In this document: positions 49,459-62,079 of the stretch, piece by piece
Numbering within the stretch: the stretch's first letter is position 1
How the letters are laid out: each line of letters begins with the position of its first letter
Assembly (NCBI RefSeq): GCF_030144855.1
Contig: NC_082731.1
Coordinates: forward strand, 10,974,001 to 11,038,000
Source: Hypanus sabinus
Taxonomy: Eukaryota
Direction: 5' to 3'
Length of the DNA: 64,000 nt
Notes under the pieces: model-generated
Databases searched by the model: none
The model's input: the letters and a program-made list of their open reading frames with translations, nothing else
Told to the model about the DNA's origin: nothing
Program-made: the position numbers and the translations under genes

Positions 49459-51979
49459 CTGAAATCGAAATATATATTTTCTTAGGAAAGCAACATACAC
49501 AGATGACCCACTCCCCTTGAAGCACTTGTTTATCAGACCGTTTTGAACTTCAGGTTTCAATTTAACATTCGTTCAATGGCATTTAATAGGTACTGGATTC
49601 CAAACTTAATTCGGAGCGTGCATGAGTCATTTGGTTAGACCATATCCTAACTTAAGAAAATAGTTCTGTGCGGTCCGTGTCAATTTTACTTAATGTGCTT
49701 TTTTTTAAATTACTGACCACGTATCCTCTCGATCCAGATTTAGATCCGTACAATCCCAGACGGTGAAATCCCTTTCTCTAGTTTAACTTCTGGTAAATGC
49801 CTAGTGCCGAGAATTGGAGTTGGAATTCATTAGGTATTGAGGAAGTGGAATTCATTTCCCACATATAGGAAGTCGATTATATTCATTTGATGATGTAGAG
49901 TTCTATTTATCATAATTACAGTTAAATTCATGAAAGTGACATCAAATGAGAAAGAGCACTGTCCCTACAGGCGATTGACAATATTGACCTCCCCACCCCT
50001 AACATATTCCGAGCAGTTGCCTCTGTAGCCCATCCCCATAGAGTAAAGGAAAGAGATAATTCAATAAATACTGTGATATTCCTTTCTTCTGGCGAGCTTT
50101 GCTTTATGTAGTTGCTGCTTGACTTCCACTTGAGCGTTTTATTCTCCTAAATGCAAACTTAAACGTCGATATTGGCGACTGCTTTAGTCTGTGACATTTC
50201 CGTAATCTGCATGCATGAATTTCCTTCTTCTCTTTCGAATATCCACGACTTCTAACACACTGTTGTTTTAAATATGTACCCTCTAAACTCAGCAACTGAC
50301 ACTTAACAAAATTTGCTGGAACATAGACCATAAATTCATTCATTAATTTTCCATCGTAAGATCACATTGTTTACAATGCTGGCAATATTATAGCCATCAG
50401 TCAGTTGCACTTCTCTGTACGGTGAGCTGAGGGGTTAATAATTGAGGAAAGGAGTGCTAAAGGGAATGCAATGGGCCTCACCAAGTAAGACCATATAATC
50501 CTCAAAACTCAGTACCAGCAGCCGAGCCAAGATAATAAGATACTGACTTATATCACCACTCTAGATGCGAGATGAGAGATATCACATCTCCAGAAGCATA
50601 TTAGGGTTCATCTGGAATTCATAAGGACCGATACAGGAATATTGGATTGATTTCCACGGCAGATGACGCACCGATACTTACATAACTACAAGTTGCATCT
50701 CCTTCAAAATCTATTAACTATGGACATGTGATTGTCCATTGCAGCTTCAGACTGTGCTTTATTTATTTTTAGCACCGTTGGCGCTTTCGAAATAAATTTG
50801 CTGCATATTATTTTTAATGTATTCACCAGTATATTTCAGAATTATTGCAAGGAGTTGAAGGTTCCTTGCAAGGAATTAAAGGACACCAGCACAGGGCAGA
50901 AGTAGGACTATTAGGATAGGTCGCCAGAGATCCAATTGCCCGTTGATGTTCTATTTGTCTCGTGCAGGAAAGGAAAGTGCAGGGACGAATGGAGCAGTTA
51001 GATGGATGATAGTACACACTGATTTGTAGTTATTTAGTATATCACAGTACCATTCACCGAAAAACATCACGGGTAATATTTAACAGCAAATACCTTCGTG
51101 TTTTAAATTGCATGATCTAAATGTGGAGATGTAAGTAGCATATCAATAGAAATAGATGAGAAAAGTTGCAAACAGTTTTTGAATTATTTGCAATGTTCGG
51201 GACTTTCACATGACTGCCCAAAAACGGGTCCCACCTTGAGATATCTGGTCGGGCACAACAAGATTGAGAGGACATTGTAGACAAGATTGAGAAGCTTGCA
51301 GAGCTCTGAATTTCAAGACAAATATGTTCACAGAGAGACTTTGGCAGATCTTTAACTCGTGTGTGTCAATATGCATAGGGAAGATAAGCCAAATACCCTG
51401 TCTGCTGGAACACGATGACACACTCTCTGTTGTATAAAAGGGAGGGAATTGCCACAGTTGTGGGTGCTCAGAACTAATGCAAAGATAAGCTTGTAGTGGC
51501 AGTTCAGTTGAGACAGACGTAAAAGCAGGTGTTGAATAAGTGCACGTTATACCGAGCATGGATATCTATTTCCGTTTCAACAATTACAAGGAATAGGGAT
51601 GGTTGCAGGGAAATTACTTTTGTATTCGCTGATGTCGAAGTCTTCGGTCTTCTTCATTCTCTTGAGCACTGGATGAAGTATACTCAGCATCAAAGGTCAA
51701 ATAGAGCTTGGACGACATTTCTATTTACTTAGCATCATGTTTCTGCCTGAAATCAGCAACCAAGCATCATGTACTGTATTCACAAATATTCCCCACGGAG
51801 ACGGTAGAGATATAATCCGGAAGTAAGAAGAGATATTACGGAAGGAAGCTTCTTGGCGAATACTGGATAGACTTACGTGAAATCTAAAAGAACAGCAGGC
51901 TCAGTTGATCTTTTCGAATGCGATTTTGGCATAAACATGATTTATAAATTTGCCGATGAAAACTGCTCTCGGCAGAATC

Positions 51980-52740
51980 TCACAGTTTGATGAAGGGACG
52001 TACAAGAGTGAGATTAATCAGATGGTTAAGAGGTGCCACAACAATAATCTTGTTCTCAATATCAGTAAGAGAAAGGAGTTTATTGACGACTTCAGAAAGG
52101 GGAGGCGAAGAAACACACATTAGTCCTAATCGAGGGGTCAGCAATGGAAAGGGTGTGAAGTTTAAGCTCCAGGACGCCAATCTCTCTGAATATCCATCTA
52201 GATCCCAAAATATATATGCAATTGGGAAAAACGCCTGCCAGTGTTATATGTCATTTGAAATTTGAGAAGATTTAGTATGTCACCCAAAAAAATTTCTGCG
52301 GAAATCTAACATTCTAACTGGTGGAATCATCATCTGGTATGTAGGCGCTACCGCAAATGACCGGTAATAGCAGCTGAGGGTTTCATCTAACTACTTCATG
52401 GACACGAGACCCCAACATTGAGAACATCTTTAAAAAGCCGATTCCTCAAAAAATTGGCAAATGTCATTAAGGGCTCCCACCACCCAGGACGTGCCCTCTT
52501 TTCACTGCCGTCACCAGGGATATAGGGGTACGAAGGCACGCACAAGAGATTTTAGGAAAAGATTTTGTTTGCTTTACCAACAGATTCTAAACAATCCATG
52601 AGCTCATTAACATAGCACACTGGCTTTGCTCTTTTAAGTATCGTATTATTGTTGTATTTTTTTATAAGTTTGATGTATTTGATTGTGCTGATGCCGCAAA
52701 ATTCACGACGTATGTACATGAAAATAAACTTGATCCTCAT
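51980..52740 (+). mobile_element. Rex1/Babar RT 3' fragment in the C5-TM1a intron
   Basis: CHNNNLVLNISKRKEFIDDFRKG-type motif and a family-like 3' tail; decayed. Confidence 0.6.
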
Positions 52741-53054
52741 CCATATTCCGAGCTGTTTTATGTGGACCTTTTACTTTCAAAGTTCAGATGAGAGGTATAG
52801 ATGCACGAAAGAGTACATCCGTCAAACTAGATCACGAATCTCATCTCTACGAACTGGTCGGATCTGAATAACCTCAGTAGTTTCCCCTACATCGTTGCCT
52901 GCCCCGTCTCCCTGCCATATTTGCAACATGTCGGAAGGAAATAGCAGTATACTAGATGTATTAATGAAGCTAATATATAAAACCGAGTCATGGATTACTC
53001 TTAGTTGGAAAGATAAGAGAACACACCTGGAAGGTAAAAGGTTTTCATTCTGAA

Positions 53055-53060
53055 TTTATT
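53055..53060 (-). terminator. Candidate poly(A) signal of secreted-form mRNA
   Basis: AATAAA on the minus strand (tttatt on +) about 240 nt downstream of the tailpiece stop codon. Confidence 0.65.
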
Positions 53061-53301
53061 TCAAAGTAATGTGGCATACAGAATATATCACTACCTGCTA
53101 TCTATCTAATCATTCTAATGTTATCGAGAGCTCATCACAATGTTACCGAACAGATGACATTAATGGAATATTTCACTTGTGCGATAATCTAAAGAGTGAA
53201 TACTATGCGTGGTCTTCTGTGAATCCGCAAAACGAAAACTCAAAGAGCTACGCAGTAAGCAAGAAGTACTTCCAAAGTATTAGTCATTGAATAAAGCAAA
53301 A

Positions 53302-53684
53302 TTAGACGCACGATTTAAAGTTGTCAGTTAGTACAAGTGACACGTTAACTAAAGTTGGTTTACCGTGGGATTTATTAATACTTCTGACTAAATTTGTTGG
53401 TAGTGACGGATGTCCAACCAAACAGCTATAGGTGGTTCCCTTCTCCCAATCTTCTGCGCTGATCCTCAGTTTGCTGGTGACTGAGTTAGAGCCGTTTTCC
53501 TTATCGCTGTTAAACTGGATTGAGTATCCCGAATGCAAAAGGGTGTCATTAGCCATCCAGCCGACATATATATCTTCCGGATAAAAACCGGTCGCGAGGC
53601 AAATTAGGGTAGCTGCTTCCTCGGCTTGAATCTCCTCAGCTGCTGGGTACAAGAGGTAGACTTTCGGACGCTGCACTTCAGTAA
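53302..53684 (-). CDS. IgNAR: Ig heavy chain constant exon C5 plus secretory tailpiece
   Basis: Acceptor ttttttctattccAG|TT. VTEVQRPKVYLLYP..ATLICLATGFYPEDIYVGWMANDT..YSCLVGHPSL, then tailpiece GKPTLVNVSLVLTDNFKSCV* (NxS sequon, penultimate Cys; TAA 53304-53302). Internal phase-1 donor CACG|GTAAAC after 53364 is where membrane-form splicing is expected. Confidence 0.95.
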
Positions 53685-53858
53685 CTGGAATAGAAAAAAT
53701 TATGTTAAGTTAGTTTCGTCTGTGACTTGCAGATTACTCAGTAATCCTCAAGATTAGAGATTTTATTTACCATTCTATTGACTGGTTCATAAATGTCACT
53801 GTCCAACAATTTACTTAATGCACTCTGTGGCCTTAACACGGGGTTTAATTGCGCTTAC

Positions 53859-54179
53859 CCTTGTTTTTTTTGGTGGCGATTGTCAGTGGTGTTGGCAGAT
53901 CACGGTCTTCTACGAAGCAGAGGTATTCGGTTCCACTGTTCCACTCCTCCACACTGACTTTCAGTTTGGTGACGATGACGGATTTACTTCCCCTCCACTC
54001 TGGGCCGCGAGTCTCTACTCCGTTCATTCTTCGACTTCCATTTACTCGCCAGGAGACTATGACATTCTCTAAATCTGTGTAAACCACTTCGCACACAATG
54101 GTTGCTCTCCGAAGCGTCCAAATCTCTTCAAAGGACGGCTTTTTTATGATGACATTAATATCAGCCTCATGGCAGTCTT
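53859..54179 (-). CDS. IgNAR: Ig heavy chain constant exon C4 (IgNAR C4-like)
   Basis: 321-nt exon, acceptor acttttttgccAG|AA, donor AAGG|GTAAGC. KDCHEADINVIIKKPSFEEIWTLRRATIVCEVVYTDLE..VSWRVNG..GPEWRGSKS..EEWNSGTEYLCFVEDRDLPTP, with a non-canonical Cys at its N-terminus. Confidence 0.92.
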
Positions 54180-55384
54180 CTGGCAAAAAAGTGTGAATGG
54201 TTATTTTCATTTTATGAAACTTGAGATGTGGATTATATCAACTGTAACCAGACCACAGTAGCTCATAATCCCACTTTCTATGTATTTCTCTGTTATTTTC
54301 TGCTTCGCTAATACCATTCCTCCTGCCTTATCAGATTGATTCCTCTATCTTCTTTAGGTGATATCCAAAATAATCCTCCCGTTTATTTATACCACAGCGC
54401 AAAGATTACATTGACATGAACTTAACCGTGGCTGCATTCGGGAATGCGAATGTTCACCCTCAGATCAACAGAATACTGAGGGAAAACGTGGCTCGTTGGC
54501 CTGAACGTGGCTGCATCGGAAGAGATTCACATAAAATGAGCAAAACGTTTGTCTTTCAGTTTCTATTGTGATTGTTGAAACAAATTGACCGAATAGGATA
54601 ATTAAGAATAATGCTATACTCCGTAAAAACTGCAAAGTTTGAGAGCATTATCTCCATTATGTACAGAGTGGAATGCTGTTCAAAATAAGGAAAGAAAATA
54701 TGAAATATCCATAAATCCTAATAAGAGCGCTGTTGTGTGTTCAGTACAGCAACAATTTATGAACCCAGTACTGACTGCTATCTCCTCAATACTTTCCTTA
54801 ATATTTTGCTGGAGGAACTCCACTAGAAATAGGAAAAAGTGCCAGTAAAGTGAAACCGAAGTGGCCAAACTGTCTGTGTAGGTTACCACATGCCACAAGA
54901 TATAATAGAACCACGTGTTCACAACGAGCTCTTGCCACATAATTGATTTTGAAAATTACTAAAGTCTACTGCAATGTTGAGCCTACAGCTGCAATATTTA
55001 CGATATCATGATATCTAATGTTAGGGAAATACTGTCAGAGCAGCTTAGGTGAATAAGAGCAGTCCATTTTGTGCATGTTAAACCGTACACCAATCATGTA
55101 ACAGAAGCGACTGACATAAGAGTTTACGGTCGTAAAAGCAGCGATTGGTACTGGGGCCTCGGCTACTCTTAGTCTATTTCAATGATATAACTATTGGAAA
55201 TGCTGTAATATGTCTGTTTGCTGGGAATAGAAGCTCGGCAGCATCGTGATCTGTGAGAAGGATTCCGGGAAAATTTAGAGGGGTGTGGACAGGAAAATAA
55301 ATTGCTAGTACTTAGCTGATTGAATGTAAGGTGGAAAACGTGAGGATATCAACTTAGGAGAAATTATTAGAACGGTAGTGCAAC

Positions 55385-56190
55385 CATGAGGAAATCTGGA
55401 GATGCTGGAAATTCAAACAACAACACACACAAAATGCTGATGGAACACAGCAGGCCAGGCAGCATCAATAGGGAGAAGCGCTGTCGACGTTTCGGGCCGA
55501 GACCCTTCGTCAGGCCTGACCAAAAGGAAAGATAGTAAGAAATTTAAAAGTAGTGGGGGGAGGGGGAAATGTGAAATGATAGGAGAAGACCGGAGAGGGT
55601 GGGATGAAGCTAAGAGATGGAAAGGTGTTTGGCGAAAGTGATACAGAGCTGGAGAAGGGAAAGGATCCAAACTGAGAAGCTCGAAAACGGATCCTGAAGC
55701 CAACTGGAGTCAGTTGGCGGCGGAGCCACGTTACAAAGAAGGATATATGACTGTAATAGCGGGTCTGGGTCAAAATATGATCGAAAAGTTGAAGGGCCGA
55801 AGGAATTATAGATGAGGGGCGGCGAGAGAGGGTTTCACTGAAATCCCGTCGAAGAGAAGATTTTAACTTCTTCAGTGTAGACATCACTGGCAGAGGCTTT
55901 GCAGTAGAATTTAATGAGTAAGCGCGAGGAAATCTGCAGAATCTGGAAATTCAAACAACAATACACACAAAATGCTGGTGGAACAGCAGGCCAGGCAGCA
56001 TCTTTAGAGAGTACCGCTGTCGACGTTTCGGGCCGAGACCCTTCGTCAGGAATAACCGAAAGTAAAGATAGTAAGAGATTTGAAAGTAGTGAGGGGAGGG
56101 GGATATGGGAAATGATAGGAGAAGACTGGAGGGGTGGGATGAAGCTCAGAGCTGAAAAGGTGATTGGCGAAATCTGAAAAGTGTTGGGGT
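55385..56190 (-). mobile_element. Penelope-like remnant with two tandem terminal repeats in the C3-C4 intron
   Basis: Near-identical repeats at ~55390-55680 and ~55925-56180 (e.g. gctgtcgacgtttcgggccgagacccttcgtcagg) flanking SHISFFVTWLRRQLTPVGFRIRFRASQFG. Confidence 0.65.
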
Positions 56191-56559
56191 TCATCGTGGT
56201 CTGCGTGCTCTTTTACGTAAAGAATTGAATATCAAGAGCAGGTTGTTGCAATTACTTTCTGGAACTAATAATCGTAGAAATCCCATTGTCCCTTGCCACA
56301 TAGATCATGCCCCATTAATACGTTAACAGTTTCATCTGATGAGGAGTTGTGATTAGATTTGAGCAATATGCATTCAGAAGCAACCATCTGTCCTTATCAT
56401 GAAAAGGAGTTAACATTCATGAAGTTCATGAAGGGTATTTAAGAACTGCACTGACAATCTAATACAATGATGTCCTTGTGCCTGTATAATGATTTTCATA
56501 GTTTCCTTTCGTGCAATTTATGACTCCGACCGACAACACGACGCCAAGGCAGCGCAGAA

Positions 56560-57332
56560 GTAGAGCGACGTTACTACAGGTCGGAGCGTTCTGGATTTCG
56601 CTGGTCAATGCCTGTGTCATTCTGCAAAAAGTCTTTAAGTCTTCCCCGTGGAATGTATTGGTCGTCCCGGATGCTCCACTTTCCTCACACAGGCAAAAGA
56701 CCGACAGGATAGGTTAATTAGTCATCGTAAATTGTCCCATGATTAGAATAGGGTTAACCAGCGTTGTGCAGTTGCCCGGGCGACGTGCCTCGAACGGCCG
56801 GAATGGCCTACTCCGCGCTGTAACACTAAGTAAATGTATTGCACTTCGCTGTATAATGGGATCTAATTGTCCAAACCATTGATGCAAATATGTTGACTTT
56901 GCATTTTCCTGTAAACTACATTCCAGCTTTTCCGTAAAAGCGGCGATAGTCTGAACTCCCTGCAGCGTGGAATGAACAGTCCCCGTAGACATCCGTGGAT
57001 ATCATTGTACGTTGTCGTGAGATCAGGTCCGAGCATCATCAACAGCATGCGAGATAAAAATAAGTTCGCCATAAATGAGGAATCACTCTCCACACCGAGT
57101 GGCATATCTATTTCTCTGTTCCACGGAGGAATGGTTTGCATGCGAATATTTCAATGTAACATAAGTTCAAAAAAGAAGGGATGTGAGAACAGTTTCAACT
57201 CAGACGTTGTTTCACGTGTCCTGGTCGGATGGCCGCTAGTGGTGTGGAAGATTTCAATACTTACTTAACACCAGTTAGTTGGGCTCACATTTATCTCTCC
57301 ATCTATCGATCTGTTTAATATGTAGTTATTTA

Positions 57333-57364
<32 letters not shown>

Positions 57365-57560
57365 TTTAAAGATATATATAGCATACGCCCTTCTGACCAT
57401 TCAGACCACACCACCAGCAACCTCCGATATAACCATGTCCTAATCGCTGGACAATTCAGAATGACCAATTAACCAAATACCCGGTACGTCTTTATACTGT
57501 GGAAGGAAACCGGAGTACCAGGAGGAAACCCAGGTATTCTATAGGATGATCTATAACTTC
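56560..57560. repeat. Two HE1/V-SINE-like copies in opposite orientation (~56560-56835 +, ~57330-57560 -) with a (TTAC)n tail
   Basis: cccggatgctccactttcctc..aattgtccc core on +; ggaaaccggagtaccaggaggaaaccc core on the reverse copy; (TTAC)n at ~57335-57365. Confidence 0.55.
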
Positions 57561-58084
57561 TTACAGAGGACGATTCTCACCCAATTATTCACGCCGGCCA
57601 TGTCGGAGACTTACCACTAAAGCACCACTCTATCACCTGCGAGTTATTAATATGCTAATTCATATCTATTGATCATATTGCACTTGACTTTAAACAAACC
57701 TGTTTACAAGCGTGGTCCATTGGTGTACGATATTAGAATATAATTACAAACGCCAAGAAGGGCTCCGTTCATATTGTCATTCATCAATTAATATTTGCAC
57801 ACGTTCTTCCAGCTTTAACCTATTGAGATCCTGTTGGTGAGGTACTTTAACATTATAATTCAATTTGTCTCCCCATGTTCAACAGAGATTCGACTATATA
57901 ACACTAATTTTAGTTGACGCTCAAATATGTTACCTTATCGGACCGACGGAGAGGTCTGATACTAATAAAGTACTACAGTAATAATCGTTTCAATCTGCTC
58001 ATTGCCGACCTTTGTGTAGTTTTATCTCTTGACTGGGAAGTAAAGCATGGAATGGATGCGTGCCTTTTGACAAATTGTACTTAC

Positions 58085-58402
58085 TTTTCGAGGTGCTGAT
58101 GTTTGCTTTCACAATAGATTGTGAAGGTGGGTGCGTGACGACACAGGTGTATGTTGCGTCCTTCTTCCAGTCGTCTGCAGTCAAGTAAAGGAGGCTTCTC
58201 GTGCTGAAGGTCATGTCCTGTTGAAGTGCAGTTGGGAGGCTGGTAGCGTTAGAGTAGAATGCGGCTCTGTCCTTCTGCCACAAAACGGTTATGTCATCGG
58301 GGTAGAATCCCGTTATCATGCATGTGAGCGTAGCGATACCCGCAGATTGAACCTCCTCTGGAGACGGGGACAAGAGGCGTACCCCTGGTTTCACTGGTTT
58401 GG
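58085..58402 (-). CDS. IgNAR: Ig heavy chain constant exon C3 (IgNAR C3-like)
   Basis: 318-nt exon, acceptor ccttctcttgcAG|CC, donor AAAA|GTAAGT. AKPVKPGVRLLSPSPEEVQS..ATLTCMITGFYPDDITVLWQKD..FSTRSLLYLTADDWKKDATYTCVVTHPPSQS. Confidence 0.92.
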
Positions 58403-58779
58403 CTGCAAGAGAAGGTCAATCAGACTTAATCTCCAAAACAGGTTGGACAAGTTTCCTAACTATGCGCTGGGCAAGTTGTTTAAGGATCCATGGTGAACGG
58501 TCTACTTGTTAGTCAGCTGTTAAGGATAATGGTGGTGATAACTTTCTGCCCGGAAGTGTATCACGAGCGGCGTACCACGGTTCTAAGAGCTTTGTTCTTG
58601 GTGATATAACGATATGAATGTGCATATAGAAAATATAATTTCTGAGTTAATGGATAAGAGTAAACGGTGGTGTTTTCAATTTCGATGACGTGTATCAAAA
58701 GCTATGGCAATACAGATCAAATACAATGTTAGACTTTGCGGATGCAGATTGAGAAATGCGTGTCGATGCAGTTTGGGAA

Positions 58780-59480
58780 CTGAAGAAGGGGTACGCCATG
58801 AATAGAAAATATTTCATTATTAAGGAATGTTTATGAACAGAGCGATATTGGGGTTTAAGTCCATGGTTCCCTGAAAGTAGCAGCAACGGTAGATAGGGTG
58901 TTTTCAAAGGAACACGGCATACTTGCTTTCACAGGTCAAGATTAGCATATGAAAGTTGAGACGCTCTGCTTTAAATTTGCCAAACGCTGGTGCACTAGAT
59001 TTTTAAATATCTGGTCGTCTCGTTGCAAGGCATTGCGCTGTAAACAGTGCATAAGAGATACAACAGTATGTTAACTGGGTTGGAGAACATCAGTTATGGG
59101 GAGCAATTAGAATCGCTGGCCTTGTTTTTTTCTGGAGTGAAGGAAACTGAGTAGTGACCCTACAACACCTTGCAAAATTATCAGCAACATGGGTACGATA
59201 AGTAGACAACAACATTCGTATGTCTAGACTATGAAATCCAAAGATGGCATATGCTTAAATTAAGTGGGAAGAGCTTTAGAGGGTACCTTAAGGAAAGCTA
59301 GTGCAAACGAGACTGTTGATATTTTAATCACGCTGGAAGTGGACACACTCACTGCATTTGAAAAAAACATTTAGACGATCATTAAAATAGTAAAGACATT
59401 CAAAGATTTTTTTTCTGTTGCTGAAAATTGGATTGAGTTAGATATGAAACATCTTTGAACATTGGGTTCGGAGGGCCAAC
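58780..59480 (+). mobile_element. Decayed CR1 3' fragment in the C2-C3 intron
   Basis: Remnants of the CR1 RT C-terminus and 3' UTR. Confidence 0.5.
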
Positions 59481-60092
59481 TGTATTTCTGTGCAGTATGA
59501 TTTTATGACTTCAACTTCTCAGAAGAGTAGTAGAAGGATACAATTATTAGAACGCCTGTTGCAAGTCTCCAGAAACCTGGTTTCGGTCTTGACCTGCACT
59601 ACTGGAGTTTATATAGTTGCCGTGTGGCTGTGCGCATTTTGTTTTAGGTTCTCCGATTTCCATATCGAACACCATGCCGGTGCTAGCCACGACGACTTAC
59701 CATAACTTACTCTTCAGTAGAGTAGAATCTGAGAGGAATTGTTGAAGCTACGAAACAATAAAATAGATTGAAGTGGAAATGTTTGAATGAGTGTTGAAGC
59801 GGGTTCGGATTCAGTCGACCGAAGGGTCTGTTCCAATGCTGTCGGGCCCTAAGCTTTCAACATTTCATTCGACGAACTCTTGGGTGGTGGAATGCTATCG
59901 GTGCACCATTTGTCAGAAAACCTGTCTTCCCCTGAATAAGATTATACATTATGATTCTAGCAGAGGGCAACTCGTTCACCATCATGCCTGTTTTCCCTGA
60001 ATACTGCGGCCTGGCAGTTTCTGCTCCTCTTTCTGCATCTAAAAACAGATTATCGTTTTTACCAACATTGTGATTGTTGGTATTGCACCCAC

Positions 60093-60395
60093 CTTTTGCG
60101 GTTCGTGTCCGTTTTGATAACGGAGCAGCTGATTGATTGTCCTGCACCGAGCAGGAGTATTCTACCCCGCTGTCCCACTCGGTCACGCTGCTGGTCAAAC
60201 GGCTGACTGTCACGTACTGGCTCCCGATCTTTGCTGCTTGTTCTGTTTCAACACCATCAGCCCGTTCCGTTTCACCCACTGACCAAGAGATGGAAACCCC
60301 AGCTGGAGTCGTGGCGATCACTTCACACACCAGTGTGGCAGTTTTGTTTATCCACATTTCTTCAACGGTAGGATCTCTGAGAAATAATGCGTATT
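60093..60395 (-). CDS. IgNAR: Ig heavy chain constant exon C2 (IgNAR C2-like)
   Basis: 303-nt exon, acceptor atatcttctAG|AA, donor AAAG|GTGGGT. EYALFLRDPTVEEMWINKTATLVCEV..ISWSVG..VSRLTSSVTEWDSGVEYSCSVQDNQSAAPLSKRTRTAK. Confidence 0.92.
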
Positions 60396-61420
60396 CTAGA
60401 AGATATAATTGAGAGGACTCATGACGAATCTGAAGTTTAGCAAGGATTTCAATATGGTAATAAGCTGCTACACGTTAAGAGCTTAAGATGTAATTTGTTC
60501 AATTTAAATCATGCTTAAGTCGTCTTTTCGTGCATCTTTGGGTCAGATCATGACCGCACGCTACTCTTCTATTCTGAAAGAAAGGAAAATGGTTGAAAAT
60601 GAATAACGTATCGTCATTCATAGATAAGTGTGGCGAAGGATAGAGAAAGAGATGCAGTCGGACATCCCCGGAAAGGACGACGTGATAAAACACCGGCGTG
60701 GTGAAGGGGCAGTGGCTTGTGGCAGAGCAGTCAATGGGATGCAGCGAGACAGAGAGATTGACTGAGGGAGGACAGAACACAGGAAGATAGAAGGTGGAAG
60801 TGAATGTTAGGTTTGAAGAAATGCTGAATAAATATGCAGTGTTCAATCTATTGATGCAAGAATGATGGACCAGTTTAGCACAAGGTTTAACTGTTTGATA
60901 AGTCAAGTGGTTGCCTCGACTACTTTCTTTCTTTCATTTGTCTCTTTTGCAACATTTTCATTATTGCATGCTGATACCAGCCACAGATATAACATATCAG
61001 AAAAAATTAACGTGCTGTTAAAATGGAAAGTTTACGGGGATCACAGAGGATTTTATATTACTGCCCCTTTCCTATGCTTATTTTTTTAAGATGTCCGGAT
61101 TCCATAGAATCATCTCAGAGATACAAATTCTATTCGATGCATTAACATGATCAGAAATCAATATTCACTGATGCGCCATGACGTCTGCTGACTACATTTC
61201 ACAAGATTTTCTTGTAATTCTTACCTCTGATATTTAATGTTTGCTGCCTAAACATTCCAAATCACACTCCTATCTTTCCCTTATCCAAATTTAATACTGA
61301 CACGTATCTCAATCTTCAGTACTCTGGCTATTTTTAAATTTTGTCCGTAGATCATTACAGCCCACCAAATTATGAGGAAAGTGGAAATACTGCACCTATG
61401 GATTGGGTACTCATTCTTAC

Positions 61421-61741
61421 CTGACTCAGCTCGTATTTCTTTGCGGATGTTGCTGCTGGTTGCAGAGTGGGATACACTACACGAGTACACAGCACCACTG
61501 GCCCATTCGTTTAGAGGCACTTTGAGCACACTTGCTGAGGTAAACGTTTTGTCTGAACTTTCAGTGGAAGAAGTGGTGGTAAACCCGAACTGTACGGCTT
61601 GTCCGTTTTTCTGCCAGGTCACTGCAATGTTTCCAGGTAGGTATTCGCTCATGAGACAAATCAATTCAACAAAGCCCTGTGCTTTTTGTTCGGCAGTTGC
61701 AGAATAGACAAGAGTGACGTTTGGCGGGGTCGGCTGTTTTG
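61421..61741 (-). CDS. IgNAR: Ig heavy chain constant exon C1 (IgNAR C1-like)
   Basis: Open 321-nt exon, acceptor ttgttaattttAG|CA and donor TCAG|GTAAGA, phase 1/1. Translation xKQPTPPNVTLVYSATAEQ..FVELICL..VTWQKN..EWASGAVYSCSVSHSATSSNIRKEIRAES has C1-set Cys/Trp/Cys; SATxEQ and SHSATSSNxRKEIR motifs recall shark IgNAR C1. Confidence 0.9.
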
Positions 61742-62079
61742 CTAAAATTAACAAAAACAAAAGTCTTTGAAATGATTGGATCAATTTTAAGGTGTTCTTC
61801 TGACAATCTGTAAGGCATAAGACAACTACAATATTCCTTGCGTCATAGGAATCTCTACACGTCAAGAGCTACGTTAGCATTTCTAAGACCTTTTGGCTGA
61901 AGGGATGACTGAAGCTGAAATATTTCCTTCAGCGTAGTGGTATCACAGCTTAAGGTTATTTTATTTTTATATACCTTGAATGGTACTTCGAAATTTCTCC
62001 TGATTATTCTTTGTCGCATCAAAGCTGCCGTTGGCCATACGAATTGACTAGAGGAGAGAGATTTTAAATCTAGCTTTCA

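Noticed and set aside
57930-58040. GAT TAT TAC TGT (DYYC) and an AAG|GTAACA donor downstream of C3
   Set aside because: In-frame stop just upstream of DYYC, and every phase from the nearby acceptors hits a stop; not a V segment or exon.
57999-58084. Read-through of the C3 (and C2) donor as a short secretory tail
   Set aside because: SKYNLSKGTHPFHALLPSQEIKLHKGRQ* has no tailpiece features and the donors are consensus; no support without cDNA.
49459-61741. Class-switch (S) region search across the constant region
   Set aside because: I saw no AGCT/GGGGT pentamer arrays, consistent with cartilaginous fish lacking S regions.
61751-61759. Nonamer-like ACAAAAACA next to C1
   Set aside because: It is the reverse complement of the C1 polypyrimidine tract; no heptamer partner.
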